DNA of 64,000 bases from Myxococcota bacterium (GTDB lineage Bacteria > Myxococcota > JACRCW01). The translations under genes and the position numbers were made by a program. Under the pieces are notes generated by a model. That model was not told where the DNA came from. It searched no databases and saw only the letters and a list, made by a program, of their open reading frames with translations. Positions within the stretch are counted from its first letter, which is position 1, and each line of letters opens with the position of its first letter. Location: NCBI GenBank assembly GCA_040752415.1, contig JBFMGU010000011.1, positions 1 through 64,000 of the forward strand, read 5' to 3'. Positions 51,957-62,900 of this stretch are shown here, one piece after another.

Positions 51957-54515
51957 TCAAGGGGTTTCCACGTAGCCCAGCATGGTGACGTTGGTGATGG
52001 CAGCGGTGCCTTGCACGTCGTCGAAGAGGCAGCTCTGCAGGTCTCCCTCACCCTGGTACGCGCCGAAGTTGGGGGCGTGCAGGCAGGTCTCATTGGACTC
52101 ACACAGGCCGTTGCCGTTGCCGCCGCCCACCTCCAGCAGCTCCACGGCGTTGCGCAGGTAGAGCACGTAGGGGTCCTGCAGGTTGGCGGCCACGACGTCA
52201 CCGCGCAGATGGATGGGACAGGGGGCGCCCGGGATGAACGACTCGCCGAACGGCTCGCCGTTGGGGGTGGTGTGACGGATCACGTTGTCGTCGTTCTTGA
52301 GCCGCCAGTCATGGATGAAGCCGGCGGCGTTGGTCCAGCGGCCCGCGTTGTCCGGGCCCCAGGCGCGGTAGGCGTTGTCGAAGCCGGTCCAGTCCGGACC
52401 GCCGCTCGGGTAGGCGCCTTCACCGTTGACGTCGGAGCCGTTGGTGGCGTCTTCACCCTGCACCCGCCCGACGAAGGAACCCGCGATGCTGCGGTTGGGC
52501 CGGAAGAGCGCCCAGGAGTGGGAGGTCTCGGGATAGTCCGCGCTGCCGTCCGTCCCGGAGAGCGTGCAGCTTCCCGGAACGAGACCGGGCTGTTCCCCGG
52601 CGTCCACCCAGCAATCCCCGTTGCCAAGCAGCACGCCGGAGAAGCGGTTGTAGGTGGTGGTGTCGCCCAGGTTGGCGAGCGCGGGCCCGTCGGCGGAGGC
52701 CAGGTTGTGGAAGGTGTTCCAGCCGCCCGTACCGTTGACGGAGAGCGTGTAGTCATTGAGCAGCGCCACCGTGTGCAGCGTGTTGTCGTAGCCGTCGTGG
52801 ACCCAGACGGAGGAGCCATCATTGAGTCCCGCCGTCAGCAACGTCACCACGTTGTCGCTCCCGGCGATGACGAGCCCGTCGGAGGTGTTGTGGGTGCTGA
52901 CCACGTGCTGGGCCACGTTCCCGTTCGATGTCAGCGTCACCCCGTCGATGCCGTTGTTGTTGCTGCGGATGCGCAGCAGCGTGTTCCCGTCGGCGCCCGG
53001 GTAGGTGTAGAAGCCGTGGGCTCCGTTGTTGATGGTGTCGACGTCGACGAACAGGTTGGCGGAGGTGCCGCCGCCATAGAGGGCGATGCCGTCGCCGGAG
53101 TTGCTGAAGGACTGCACCTTGCGGAAGGTGTTGGCGCGGGAGGCGTTCTCCAGCCAGATGCCGTCGCGATTGGTGCTCTCGACGCGCGTCTGCTCGACGA
53201 GGTTGCTGCTGGAGCCCACCAGGATCACGCCGTCCCAGTCCAGGTTGGACACGTCCACGCGGAAGCGGGACAGCGTTGTTCCGTTGAGCATGACGCCGTC
53301 ATGGGCACGGCTCCCGTTGAGGAGCCCCTCGAGGCGCGCCTCCACCCAGACAAAGCGCACGGTGTGCGTGGCCACCATGCAGATGCGGTCGGGGACGCTG
53401 TAGGTGATGCAGTTGGGATCCGTGGTGCCGCCATGGGAGAGCGTGACGTCGTCCAGGGTGACCAGCGCGACGCCCTCGGCGGTGAGGCGGTATCCCTGCG
53501 TGCCACGGCTCTCCGCCGCCACGTAGATGGCATCCGGCTCATCCAGCAGGACGAGGGTGGCGTCAGGGCTGCTGTTGTCGGGGAGCGGGTGCACGGGGTT
53601 GGTCCACCACGTGGTGGGTGTGCTGCGCGCGGAGACGGGGCCGGAGATGGTGACGGCGTTGGGGAGCCAGCCGTCGGGGCCCAGCAGGTGACGCAGCCCG
53701 CGACCCGCCTTGAAGCCCAGCGTGACGAAGCGCAGGACGTTGTCGCCCGGAGACTCGTCGAGGCAGCCCCAGGAGAACACGTCCAGGTCGTCCTGGATGG
53801 AGAAACCGCCGCAGCCGTCCGCGGAGGAAATGACCACCTGGCGCAGCTCCCCGCCGTGGATGCACTGGTCGTAACGCAGCGCAGGATCGGGAACGCACGG
53901 CGCGCCGCTGGCGTTCAGCACGTTGCTTCCGTCGTTGGCCACGTACTGGTTCCAGTTGGCGCCGGCTTCCGGGTAGATCGGCTCCACCTCCACCAGGACC
54001 CCTCCCGACGAGGACGACGACGAGGCGGCCGACGAAGACGACGAGGTGGCCGACGAGGAAGAGGCGCCGCTCGACGAGGACGCGGTCGACGACGTGGCGC
54101 TGGAGGACGACGCGCTGCTGCTGGACGACGTGGACGCTCCGCCGCCCGACGACGCGCTGCTGCTGGACGAGCTGGCCGCACCGGAGGTGGAACTGGCGCT
54201 GGAGCTGGTGCTTGTCGACGTGGACGACGTGACGGAGCTGGCGGTGGAGCTGGAGGAGCTGACGGAGTTGGCGGAGACGCTGGCGCTGCTGGTGCTGCCA
54301 CTGCTGCTGCTGGAGCTGGCCCCGGCGCCCGCGCCCTCGGCGCAGACACCGTTGTCGCAATGCTGTCCACGTGGACAGTCCTCGTTGGCGTTGCAGGCCA
54401 GGACGCACTCGTCGCCTCGTCGGATGGCGCCTTCCGCACATTCTGCGGGGCAACCGGAGAACAGCGCGGGTGCCACCAGCACCACGGCCACGTGCCACCA
54501 ACGGATTCGCGACAT
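51957..54515 (-). CDS. Lipoprotein with Cys-rich N-domain, poly-Ser linker and right-handed beta-helix
   Basis: FSGC lipobox; NxxDGI parallel beta-helix repeats. Confidence 0.85.
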   Translation of the reverse strand: MSRIRWWHVAVVLVAPALFSGCPAECAEGAIRRGDECVLACNANEDCPRGQHCDNGVCAEGAGAGASSSSSSGSTSSASVSANSVSSSSSTASSVTSSTSTSTSSSASSTSGAASSSSSSASSGGGASTSSSSSASSSSATSSTASSSSGASSSSATSSSSSAASSSSSSGGVLVEVEPIYPEAGANWNQYVANDGSNVLNASGAPCVPDPALRYDQCIHGGELRQVVISSADGCGGFSIQDDLDVFSWGCLDESPGDNVLRFVTLGFKAGRGLRHLLGPDGWLPNAVTISGPVSARSTPTTWWTNPVHPLPDNSSPDATLVLLDEPDAIYVAAESRGTQGYRLTAEGVALVTLDDVTLSHGGTTDPNCITYSVPDRICMVATHTVRFVWVEARLEGLLNGSRAHDGVMLNGTTLSRFRVDVSNLDWDGVILVGSSSNLVEQTRVESTNRDGIWLENASRANTFRKVQSFSNSGDGIALYGGGTSANLFVDVDTINNGAHGFYTYPGADGNTLLRIRSNNNGIDGVTLTSNGNVAQHVVSTHNTSDGLVIAGSDNVVTLLTAGLNDGSSVWVHDGYDNTLHTVALLNDYTLSVNGTGGWNTFHNLASADGPALANLGDTTTYNRFSGVLLGNGDCWVDAGEQPGLVPGSCTLSGTDGSADYPETSHSWALFRPNRSIAGSFVGRVQGEDATNGSDVNGEGAYPSGGPDWTGFDNAYRAWGPDNAGRWTNAAGFIHDWRLKNDDNVIRHTTPNGEPFGESFIPGAPCPIHLRGDVVAANLQDPYVLYLRNAVELLEVGGGNGNGLCESNETCLHAPNFGAYQGEGDLQSCLFDDVQGTAAITNVTMLGYVETP

Positions 54516-54615
54516 TCCGCCTCCTGGCACGTTGGACTCTAGCGTGGCCGCGGCGGGAAGGCGCGCGCGTTTGTCGTCTTGAGGAGGGGGCGCCTGCTCA
54601 GTTAGAGGGCGGGGC

Positions 54616-55953
54616 GTGGATGATCCCCGGGAAAGCGCGCAGGGGCGCGTGCATGAGCAGCGTCGCAGCCGACGGTACGCGGCGGAGCTCACCGTGTTCC
54701 TGCACACGCGGGAGCGCCACCACCCCGCCACCACGGTGAACGTGGCGCGGCACGGCATGCTGGTGGCCACCGACGTGCCCCTGGGCCTGCGCCACCTGGT
54801 CCAGCTCACCGTGCACCTGCCCACCGGTCCCATCCGGGCCACGGCGTCGGTGGCGCGCGTGGTGAAGCTGCCGGTCACCGGGCTGCCCGCGGTGGGCGTG
54901 CAGTTCTTTGCGCTGAGCGCGGACGCCAAGCGCAACTGGGACCGCTATGTCTCCTCGCTGAACCACGCGGCCGTCGACGGGGTGGCGGCGCTGGATGCCA
55001 GCGTGGCGGCCACCTTCCTCCTCAAGTTCAAGGACCGGGCAAGCCTGCTGGAATACTGTCACATCCAGGTGGAGCGCGGTGAGGCGGTGCTGCACACGCC
55101 GGTGTTCCGCGCGGTGGGGGAAGAGGTGTCCCTGGTGCTGGTGCACCCGCACACCGACGAGGAATTCGGTCTGCCGGGCCGCGTGGCCAGTGTGCACCGG
55201 GATCGGCCCAAGCGGATGGTGATCGAGCTGCTGCAGCTGGATGAACGGCAGCACGCGGCGCTGATGCGTTTCGTGGACACCGGCGTGGGCTCGCGGGAGG
55301 GGGCCTACCAGTACGCGCCGCCGGACTGGCGTCCCGACGAGCCCCCGGTGCCGCCGCACGGCGTGCACGCCGCCGACGGAGACATCCCCACGCTGGAGCT
55401 GCCCGAGCACCCCGAGCTGGACGGCGACACCGTGGGGCACTGGGAGGTGGGCGAGGGACAGGGTGAGCCGGGCGCGGTGACGTTGGAGGTGGAAGCGCCG
55501 CGCGGACAGGATCCCAACCTCGCCGCCGCGCGGGTGTTGGTGGACTGCGGGGAATGCCAGGCCAGCCAGCCCGGGCTCCTCCTCGGCGACGTGCCCGGCG
55601 TGCTGGCCCCGGTGGTGGAGCTGTGCCCGGTGTACTGCGAGCACTGCCGCAGGCTCTCGACGGTGCGACGGCTCAAGACCGCGGCGGGACGGGAGCAGCA
55701 GCTCGAGTCACTGGGCGGTCTCCTCGGCGGGCAGGCGCGCGCCACCGTGCCCATGTCGATGTTGTTCGAGGTGGCCGCGCTGGGTGGTCCGGCGGTGTGT
55801 CCGCGGTGTCGGGGAACGCTGCGCATCACTCCGCTCGTCGACGACGTCAGTCGCGCCATCAGCCGTCTCCGCCTCGGCCAGGAGCGCGTGGAGACCGCGG
55901 TGCGGTGCCACCGGTGTCGACGGGGGAACTGGCGGCTCAAGTTGCAGCGCTGA
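54616..55953 (+). CDS. PilZ-domain protein with a second PilZ-like domain and four CxxC motifs
   Basis: EQRRSRR...NVARHG; CGEC, CEHC, CPRC and CHRC. Confidence 0.75.
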   Translation: MDDPRESAQGRVHEQRRSRRYAAELTVFLHTRERHHPATTVNVARHGMLVATDVPLGLRHLVQLTVHLPTGPIRATASVARVVKLPVTGLPAVGVQFFALSADAKRNWDRYVSSLNHAAVDGVAALDASVAATFLLKFKDRASLLEYCHIQVERGEAVLHTPVFRAVGEEVSLVLVHPHTDEEFGLPGRVASVHRDRPKRMVIELLQLDERQHAALMRFVDTGVGSREGAYQYAPPDWRPDEPPVPPHGVHAADGDIPTLELPEHPELDGDTVGHWEVGEGQGEPGAVTLEVEAPRGQDPNLAAARVLVDCGECQASQPGLLLGDVPGVLAPVVELCPVYCEHCRRLSTVRRLKTAAGREQQLESLGGLLGGQARATVPMSMLFEVAALGGPAVCPRCRGTLRITPLVDDVSRAISRLRLGQERVETAVRCHRCRRGNWRLKLQR

Positions 55954-56024
55954 TCCCCGAGGTCCGCCTTCCCAACCCCAAGCCCCGTCACGCGCGCCAC
56001 CAACACGTCCGGGGTGGCGCCGCG

Positions 56025-57173
56025 TCACGTCGTGGGCGGGGCCGGCGGCGGTCCCAGCAGCTGGTCCACGCGCGCCGCCACCTCCGGACCAATGGCGCGA
56101 AGCTGCGCGCCCAGCACCTGCGCCACGCCCGCCTTCCCCGTGGCCTGGTACACGCGGATGAGCTGCAGCCCCACACGCGGGTCGCCGCCGCTCATGTGCC
56201 ACGCCTCCTCCGCGTGCGTCAGCGCCTGCTTCACGTTCCGGATGGAGGTGCGACGCAACAGCATGTCCGCCAGGAGCGCACGCGGCTCCCACGCCTCGGG
56301 ATACTCGGTCACCAGCTTCATGGTGCCCACCGCCAGCGTGGGGATGTCCGCGCGCGGGTCCGCGGCCTGCAGTTCCGCCTGCACGAACTTCAACGCGCGC
56401 GTCATGCGGTGCAGCTTGGTCAACGTGGCCAGCTTGGTCACCGCCGCGTCGCGGTCCCCGCGGTCCAACAGCTCCCGGATGCCCGCAATCTCCCGCGCCA
56501 ACGGGTCCGTGGTGGTGGTGCCCATCTGCCGCACGTTGTTGGCCAGCTGCAGCAGCTCCGAGTTGCGCGCGTGCAGCTTGAGGGCCTGCGCAATGTTGGT
56601 GCGCGCTCCTTCCACGTCGCTGCAGTCCAGCCGCGCGCTGATGAGGTCCAGCCAGCTGTTCGGGTCATTGGGGCGCGCCGCCACCACGTGCTCCAGCGCC
56701 TGCACCGCCGCGGCCTCACGCTTCAGCTTCTTGTGCGCCTTGGCCAGGCCCTTCCACGCGTCCACGTCGGAGGGATCCACGCGCAGCGCGCTGCCGAACC
56801 AGCTGGCCGCCTCGTCATACTCGCGGTGCCGGAGCGCGTCGTCGCCGAGCAGGCGCAGCGCCGCGGGGACCTCCTCCCCCGTCTTCACGCTACGCAGCGC
56901 GTAGTCCATGGCCTTGGTGTCCTCGCCCTTGGCGTGCCAGAGCAGCGCCAGGTGGGCCAGCGCGTGCGGCAGCTTGCGGGCCACCGGCTCCAGCGCCTCC
57001 AGGTGCGCCACCGCCGCATCCAGCCGACCCCGCGCCGCCACCACCCGCGCCACCGCCACGTGGGCGCGCTCGTCGGTGGGGTGCTGCGCCAGGAGGTGAC
57101 GCGCCAACGCCTCCGCCTGGTCCAGCTTCCCCTGCAGGAGCGTGGCCTCGAATCTCTGGTACGCCGCGTCCAT
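56025..57173 (-). CDS. TPR-repeat protein
   Basis: Multiple TPR-like repeats; GAGG RBS. Confidence 0.82.
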   Translation of the reverse strand: MDAAYQRFEATLLQGKLDQAEALARHLLAQHPTDERAHVAVARVVAARGRLDAAVAHLEALEPVARKLPHALAHLALLWHAKGEDTKAMDYALRSVKTGEEVPAALRLLGDDALRHREYDEAASWFGSALRVDPSDVDAWKGLAKAHKKLKREAAAVQALEHVVAARPNDPNSWLDLISARLDCSDVEGARTNIAQALKLHARNSELLQLANNVRQMGTTTTDPLAREIAGIRELLDRGDRDAAVTKLATLTKLHRMTRALKFVQAELQAADPRADIPTLAVGTMKLVTEYPEAWEPRALLADMLLRRTSIRNVKQALTHAEEAWHMSGGDPRVGLQLIRVYQATGKAGVAQVLGAQLRAIGPEVAARVDQLLGPPPAPPTT

Positions 57174-57265
57174 CCGCCGTCCTCAATGACCCCCGCCGGC
57201 ATACTAGACGGAATGCCCGGAGCGCGCGGCAAAAGCACCAGCGGCGTCAGCGGGGGCGTGGACGT

Positions 57266-58033
57266 TCAGGAACGACGCTTGCGCGCCAGGCCCAGCAGTG
57301 CGAGCAGCGCCCACGCCCCGAGGGGCGAGCCACCGCGCACCAGCATGGAGCCGCAGCCGAAGGGACCGGGGTCGGTGGTGTCGGTGCCGTCGCCGGTGTC
57401 ATCCACGCTGCTGCTGGAGGGGAGCACCACGATGTTGCCCGACGAGGAGCTGCTCGACGACGACGAGCCTCCGCCACTGGAGGTGGCCGAGCTGGCCGAC
57501 GACGAGCTGGCCGCGGCGCTGGAGGACACCACCCCGCCCGACGAGCTGCTGGCCGAGGACGACGAGGAAGACGACGACGACGAGGAAGACGACGACGACG
57601 AGGAGGACGATGACGAGCTGCCCCCGCAGGTGCCCACGGTGTGGTTGGCGGGGGCGTTGGTGGAGCTGCCCGGGTCGGTGATGCCGCTGGTGAAGGCGGG
57701 CGTGGCTCCCGGCGTCCACACCCCGCACGGGTCGCCCAGCTCCTCGCCGTTGGTGTAGCCGTCGAGGTCGGAGTCCAGGTTGTAGAGCGTGGGCCAGTCG
57801 ATGGCGCCGCCGTGCGCCTGGCGGTTGGCGGCCGCGTCCTCACCGAAGTCGTCGCGCGGGTTGAAGCCGTTCTGCAGGTGACACGCGTTGCAGGTCCCGT
57901 TGGGGATGTCGTCGACATACGCCGAGATCGCGCGCGCGGGCCCGGACCAGGCCAATGCCAGCAGACCGGTGGCGCCCGCCACGACGTGAGAAGAGACCAA
58001 CACCCGGAGACCCGCTGCCCGCTTCACCATCAT
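57266..58033 (-). CDS. Exported CxxCH / temptin-like domain protein with poly-Ser linker and MYXO-CTERM-like tail
   Basis: ARA signal cleavage site, CNACH, DSDLDGYTNGEELGDPC, GCG...LLALLGLARKRR. Confidence 0.78.
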   Translation of the reverse strand: MMVKRAAGLRVLVSSHVVAGATGLLALAWSGPARAISAYVDDIPNGTCNACHLQNGFNPRDDFGEDAAANRQAHGGAIDWPTLYNLDSDLDGYTNGEELGDPCGVWTPGATPAFTSGITDPGSSTNAPANHTVGTCGGSSSSSSSSSSSSSSSSSSSSSSASSSSGGVVSSSAAASSSSASSATSSGGGSSSSSSSSSGNIVVLPSSSSVDDTGDGTDTTDPGPFGCGSMLVRGGSPLGAWALLALLGLARKRRS

Positions 58034-58587
58034 GCACCTCGGACCTGGACCAGCAGCACCTCCGCCGGCCCGCGGGAGTGGTTCTCCCAGACGGCCTGCT
58101 TGGTGGCGTCGTAGTAGACGCTGTCCTGCTGGTTCAGCTCATGGGATCGCTCGTCCAGGAGCAGCGTGGGCTGGCCCCGGACGCAGAAACCAAAGATGTG
58201 ACCCTGCTCCGCCAGGAAGTGCTTTCCCGTGCGCCCGCCGGGCTCCAGGGTGACCAACAAGGCCGCCAGGGGTCCCTGCGTGCCCGCCGGCATCAACGAC
58301 CGCAGGGACGCCTTGGACCACTCGCTGTGCAGCGTGTCCGGCTCCTGGCGACGCACCAGCGGCCCGGGTGGTGCGGAGTCGGGGTCGGTGAGCAGCGCGC
58401 CCAACGTCAGCCCCAACGCCCGGACGATCTTGTCCAGCGACGACAACGACGGGCTGGCCTCCCCTCGCTCCACCTGGGACAGGAAGCTCGCGGAGAACCC
58501 GGTTGCCGCACCCAACTCACGCAAGGACAGCCTCCGTGCCTTCCGCGTGGACTTCAGCCGCGGACCAATCTGCAGGCTCTTGGGCAC
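58030..58587 (-). CDS. XRE-family HTH + cupin transcriptional regulator
   Basis: LSLRELG..TGFSASFLSQVERG.ASPS HTH; C-terminal cupin (LNQQDSVYY). Confidence 0.9.
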   Translation of the reverse strand: MPKSLQIGPRLKSTRKARRLSLRELGAATGFSASFLSQVERGEASPSLSSLDKIVRALGLTLGALLTDPDSAPPGPLVRRQEPDTLHSEWSKASLRSLMPAGTQGPLAALLVTLEPGGRTGKHFLAEQGHIFGFCVRGQPTLLLDERSHELNQQDSVYYDATKQAVWENHSRGPAEVLLVQVRGA

Positions 58588-58601
58588 TTGAACCCTCCAA
58601 C

Positions 58602-58620
58602 TGTACAGTGTGACTGCACA
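58602..58620. promoter_or_regulatory. Candidate autoregulatory operator
   Basis: Imperfect palindrome TGTACAGT-GTG-ACTGCACA, 14 bp upstream of the XRE start. Confidence 0.45.
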
Positions 58621-58935
58621 AGGTGTCCACCCATGCCGCACGACGTGGGAATGGGGACCACCTAGCGTCTGCGGTGGGTCCGTGGGTGGTCAAGCGAGGC
58701 CCGGGTGGGGCCCACGCCCGTCGGGCGGAGGGGCGGGCGGGAGGGCCCGGCGCGCGGCAACAGGGTGGTGGGGCGGAGAAATTTCCCGCGCTGGCGCCAC
58801 GTTGTTCGAAGGCGGGATGGCGGCGCACGTTGACCGATGTCCCGACGGAAGAACGCACCGGCCGTGAGGTGACGCCACCAGTATAACGGGGCTCTCGGGA
58901 CGCGTGAGGCACCGCTCCCGACGGGAAATGAACCG

Positions 58936-60507
<1,572 letters not shown>

Positions 60508-60933
60508 TCACCAGCGCACGTGCGCTTCGGGGCGCGCGGCGTCGCGACGGTGGTGCAGCACGCGGCGCAGGGTGCGGGTGACGTGGGCCACCGCGTAGGG
60601 CTTCTGCTCCACGTCGACGACGCCGAGGTCATCCGGGCGCCAGTCATACGTCTCGCAGGAGTTGGAGCCCACCACCACCGGGATGTCCCGCAGCCTGGGA
60701 TCCCGTTGCAGGCACTCCAGGAAGGCGTGTCCGCCCGAGCCCGGCGCGGTGAGGTCCAGCAGGATGACGTCGGGCGGCTCGCCTTCCAGGTGACGGAGCG
60801 CCTCCGGGGCGTTGCCCGCGCTGCTCACCAGGAGCCCCTCTTCCCGCAAAGACCGCTCCAGGAAACGGCGGGTGCCCTCGTCATCCTCGACGACAAGAAC
60901 ACGTCCGCGCTCCGGTTTCACATCCGTGACCAT
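60508..60933 (-). CDS. Single-domain response regulator
   Basis: VLVVEDD, ILLDL and KP motifs. Confidence 0.85.
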   Translation of the reverse strand: MVTDVKPERGRVLVVEDDEGTRRFLERSLREEGLLVSSAGNAPEALRHLEGEPPDVILLDLTAPGSGGHAFLECLQRDPRLRDIPVVVGSNSCETYDWRPDDLGVVDVEQKPYAVAHVTRTLRRVLHHRRDAARPEAHVRW

Positions 60934-61105
60934 GGGACCGACTTAACAGCGCACCGCGCCACGCACAGCCACCCACCCCCGCCCGCCCGCGTCTCCGACG
61001 TCATCCCGGCCGCGGCCGCACGCGCGCCGACGGCGTGGCCCAGGCCCGGGTCCGCCGCGCCAGGTGCTCCGTCGTCGTACTCACGCGCCACGTGCTGTTA
61101 CCGTC

Positions 61106-61138
61106 GGTGAACACCCGGGTTAACAGCCCGGTTAACAG
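61106..61138. promoter_or_regulatory. Three direct repeats with 12-bp period (candidate transcription factor sites)
   Basis: GGTGAACA at 61106, GGTTAACA at 61118 and 61130, in a divergent intergenic region. Confidence 0.5.
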
Positions 61139-61304
61139 GTCAACCGCAGCTGTTGGGGCGCGCCTGCCCCGACGAGAACTGGCGCCTCGTGATTTGTGCC
61201 TGTCCGCATGCGGGCTTGTATCTCCCGGACGGAAACGCACGCACCCGGCACATCCTTTGCGACGACAATCCCGGCACACACGCTTTCTCCGACGGAGATC
61301 CTCC

Positions 61305-62900
61305 ATGACCCTTCACAAGCTCATTCCGGATGCCCGGGTTGTCGTGTTCCTCACGCGTCGTGCCACCAGGCCGGTGGCCCTGCTGGGCGTGACGTTGGTG
61401 ATGCTGGGCGCGGCAGGCGGCGTGGCCATGGTGGTGGCGGCATTGCTGCTGGCCAGCGCCGCGTTGCTGGTGGTGGCGCGCCGGCGGGTGCGGGCCGCCA
61501 CGTTGTCACGCTGGCCGGTGGTGCAGGAGCGCTGGCCGCATCAGCAGGAGCGCGTGGCGCTGTTCCAGGTGGACGCCGACGGGTTTGTCACCTTTGCCAA
61601 CGCGGGCTTCCTGGAGCTGGTGGGTTGGAGCGAGGCCACCGCGGCGGGGAAGGACTGGCTCACCGCGGTGCACCCCGCCGACCGGCTGGCGGCGGAGCTG
61701 GCGTGGATCACCGCGGCGCAGGAGGGACGGGAGTTCAAGCGGCAGCTGCGCGTGGTGACGCCGGAGGGCGTGGTGCGCCGGGTGTGGTGGCGCGCCCGCG
61801 CGGTGGTGCGCAGCGACGGAAACGTGGTGAGCCACCTGGGCACCGTGGAGGAGGTGGGGAGCTGGAAGGCGTTGGATGACGGCGCCGCGGTGCCGGTGTC
61901 CAACGGGGTGACCCCGCCCGCGCCCGCGGTGACGACGGAAGGTGGCGACGTGGACCTCAACGAGGTGGTGGGCCGCATGCACGGCGCGCTGCGCTCCCTG
62001 GTGGGCGGGGAGGTGGGGCTGGTGATGGCGCTGGAGGGCCGGTTGCCGCCGGTGCGCGTGGCGCGTGACGAGGTGGAGCGCATGGTGGAGACCCTGGCGG
62101 TCAACGCGCGCAACGCCATGCCGCACGGCGGGACGCTGACCGTCACCACCTTTGAGGTGCTCCTGCACGACGAGGAGGCGGCCGCGGCCATGGGGCTCAA
62201 TCCCGGCGACTACGTGGTGCTCTCGGTCAGCGACAGCGGCCCCGCTCCCGACGGCAAGACGCCCGGCGCCACCGCGCTGGCCGACGAGCCGAGCGAGGCC
62301 GACAGCCTGGCGTTGGTGGAGCTGCACGAGGCGGCGCGCAGCAACGGCGGCAACATCCTGGTGCACGCCAAGCCCGACGGTGGCGCCACCATCGAGGTGT
62401 TCCTGCCGCAGGCGGGCGCGCAGCCGGAGCAGGGCCTCCTCCCCACGCAGGCCGAGGAGCCGGCGCGGGTGCTGCTCATCGAGGAGGACGTGGAGGCGCG
62501 GGAGCTGGCGCACGCCACGTTGGAGGCGGAGGGCTACCAGGTGGTCACCGTGGCGCAGCCCGCCGACGCCATCCGCCGGTGCCAGGAGCAGGGCGCCGCG
62601 CCGGACCTGCTGGTGTGCAACATGCTGATGCCGCAGATGTGTGGCCCGGAGCTGGCGCGCTACCTGATGGAGGGGCGGCCGGACATGAAGGTGCTCTTCC
62701 TGCAGCCGGGAGACCGACGCATCAGCGTGCTCGACGACGGCGCCAAGGTGGACCAGCCCGCGGGCGTGGATGCGCTGGCCGCCAAGGTGCGTCAGGCGCT
62801 GGCCGGTCCCGCGTTCCTGGGCGCGCCGCCGGGAATGGTGGGCGCGTACGGCGGGTGGCTGTCCCGGGAGCCGCGCAAGGATCAGTTGCTGGACGGCTGA
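61305..62900 (+). CDS. Degenerate hybrid sensor (TM-PAS-pseudo-HATPase-pseudo-receiver)
   Basis: PAS (VHPADR) and N-box-like LAVNARNAM present; no H-box; G2 lost; receiver reads LLVCN instead of D. Confidence 0.8.
   Translation: MTLHKLIPDARVVVFLTRRATRPVALLGVTLVMLGAAGGVAMVVAALLLASAALLVVARRRVRAATLSRWPVVQERWPHQQERVALFQVDADGFVTFANAGFLELVGWSEATAAGKDWLTAVHPADRLAAELAWITAAQEGREFKRQLRVVTPEGVVRRVWWRARAVVRSDGNVVSHLGTVEEVGSWKALDDGAAVPVSNGVTPPAPAVTTEGGDVDLNEVVGRMHGALRSLVGGEVGLVMALEGRLPPVRVARDEVERMVETLAVNARNAMPHGGTLTVTTFEVLLHDEEAAAAMGLNPGDYVVLSVSDSGPAPDGKTPGATALADEPSEADSLALVELHEAARSNGGNILVHAKPDGGATIEVFLPQAGAQPEQGLLPTQAEEPARVLLIEEDVEARELAHATLEAEGYQVVTVAQPADAIRRCQEQGAAPDLLVCNMLMPQMCGPELARYLMEGRPDMKVLFLQPGDRRISVLDDGAKVDQPAGVDALAAKVRQALAGPAFLGAPPGMVGAYGGWLSREPRKDQLLDG

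Noticed and set aside
58650..58930. Sigma54 promoter near the EBP gene
   Set aside because: TGGCGC-containing candidates lack correct GG-N10-GC spacing.
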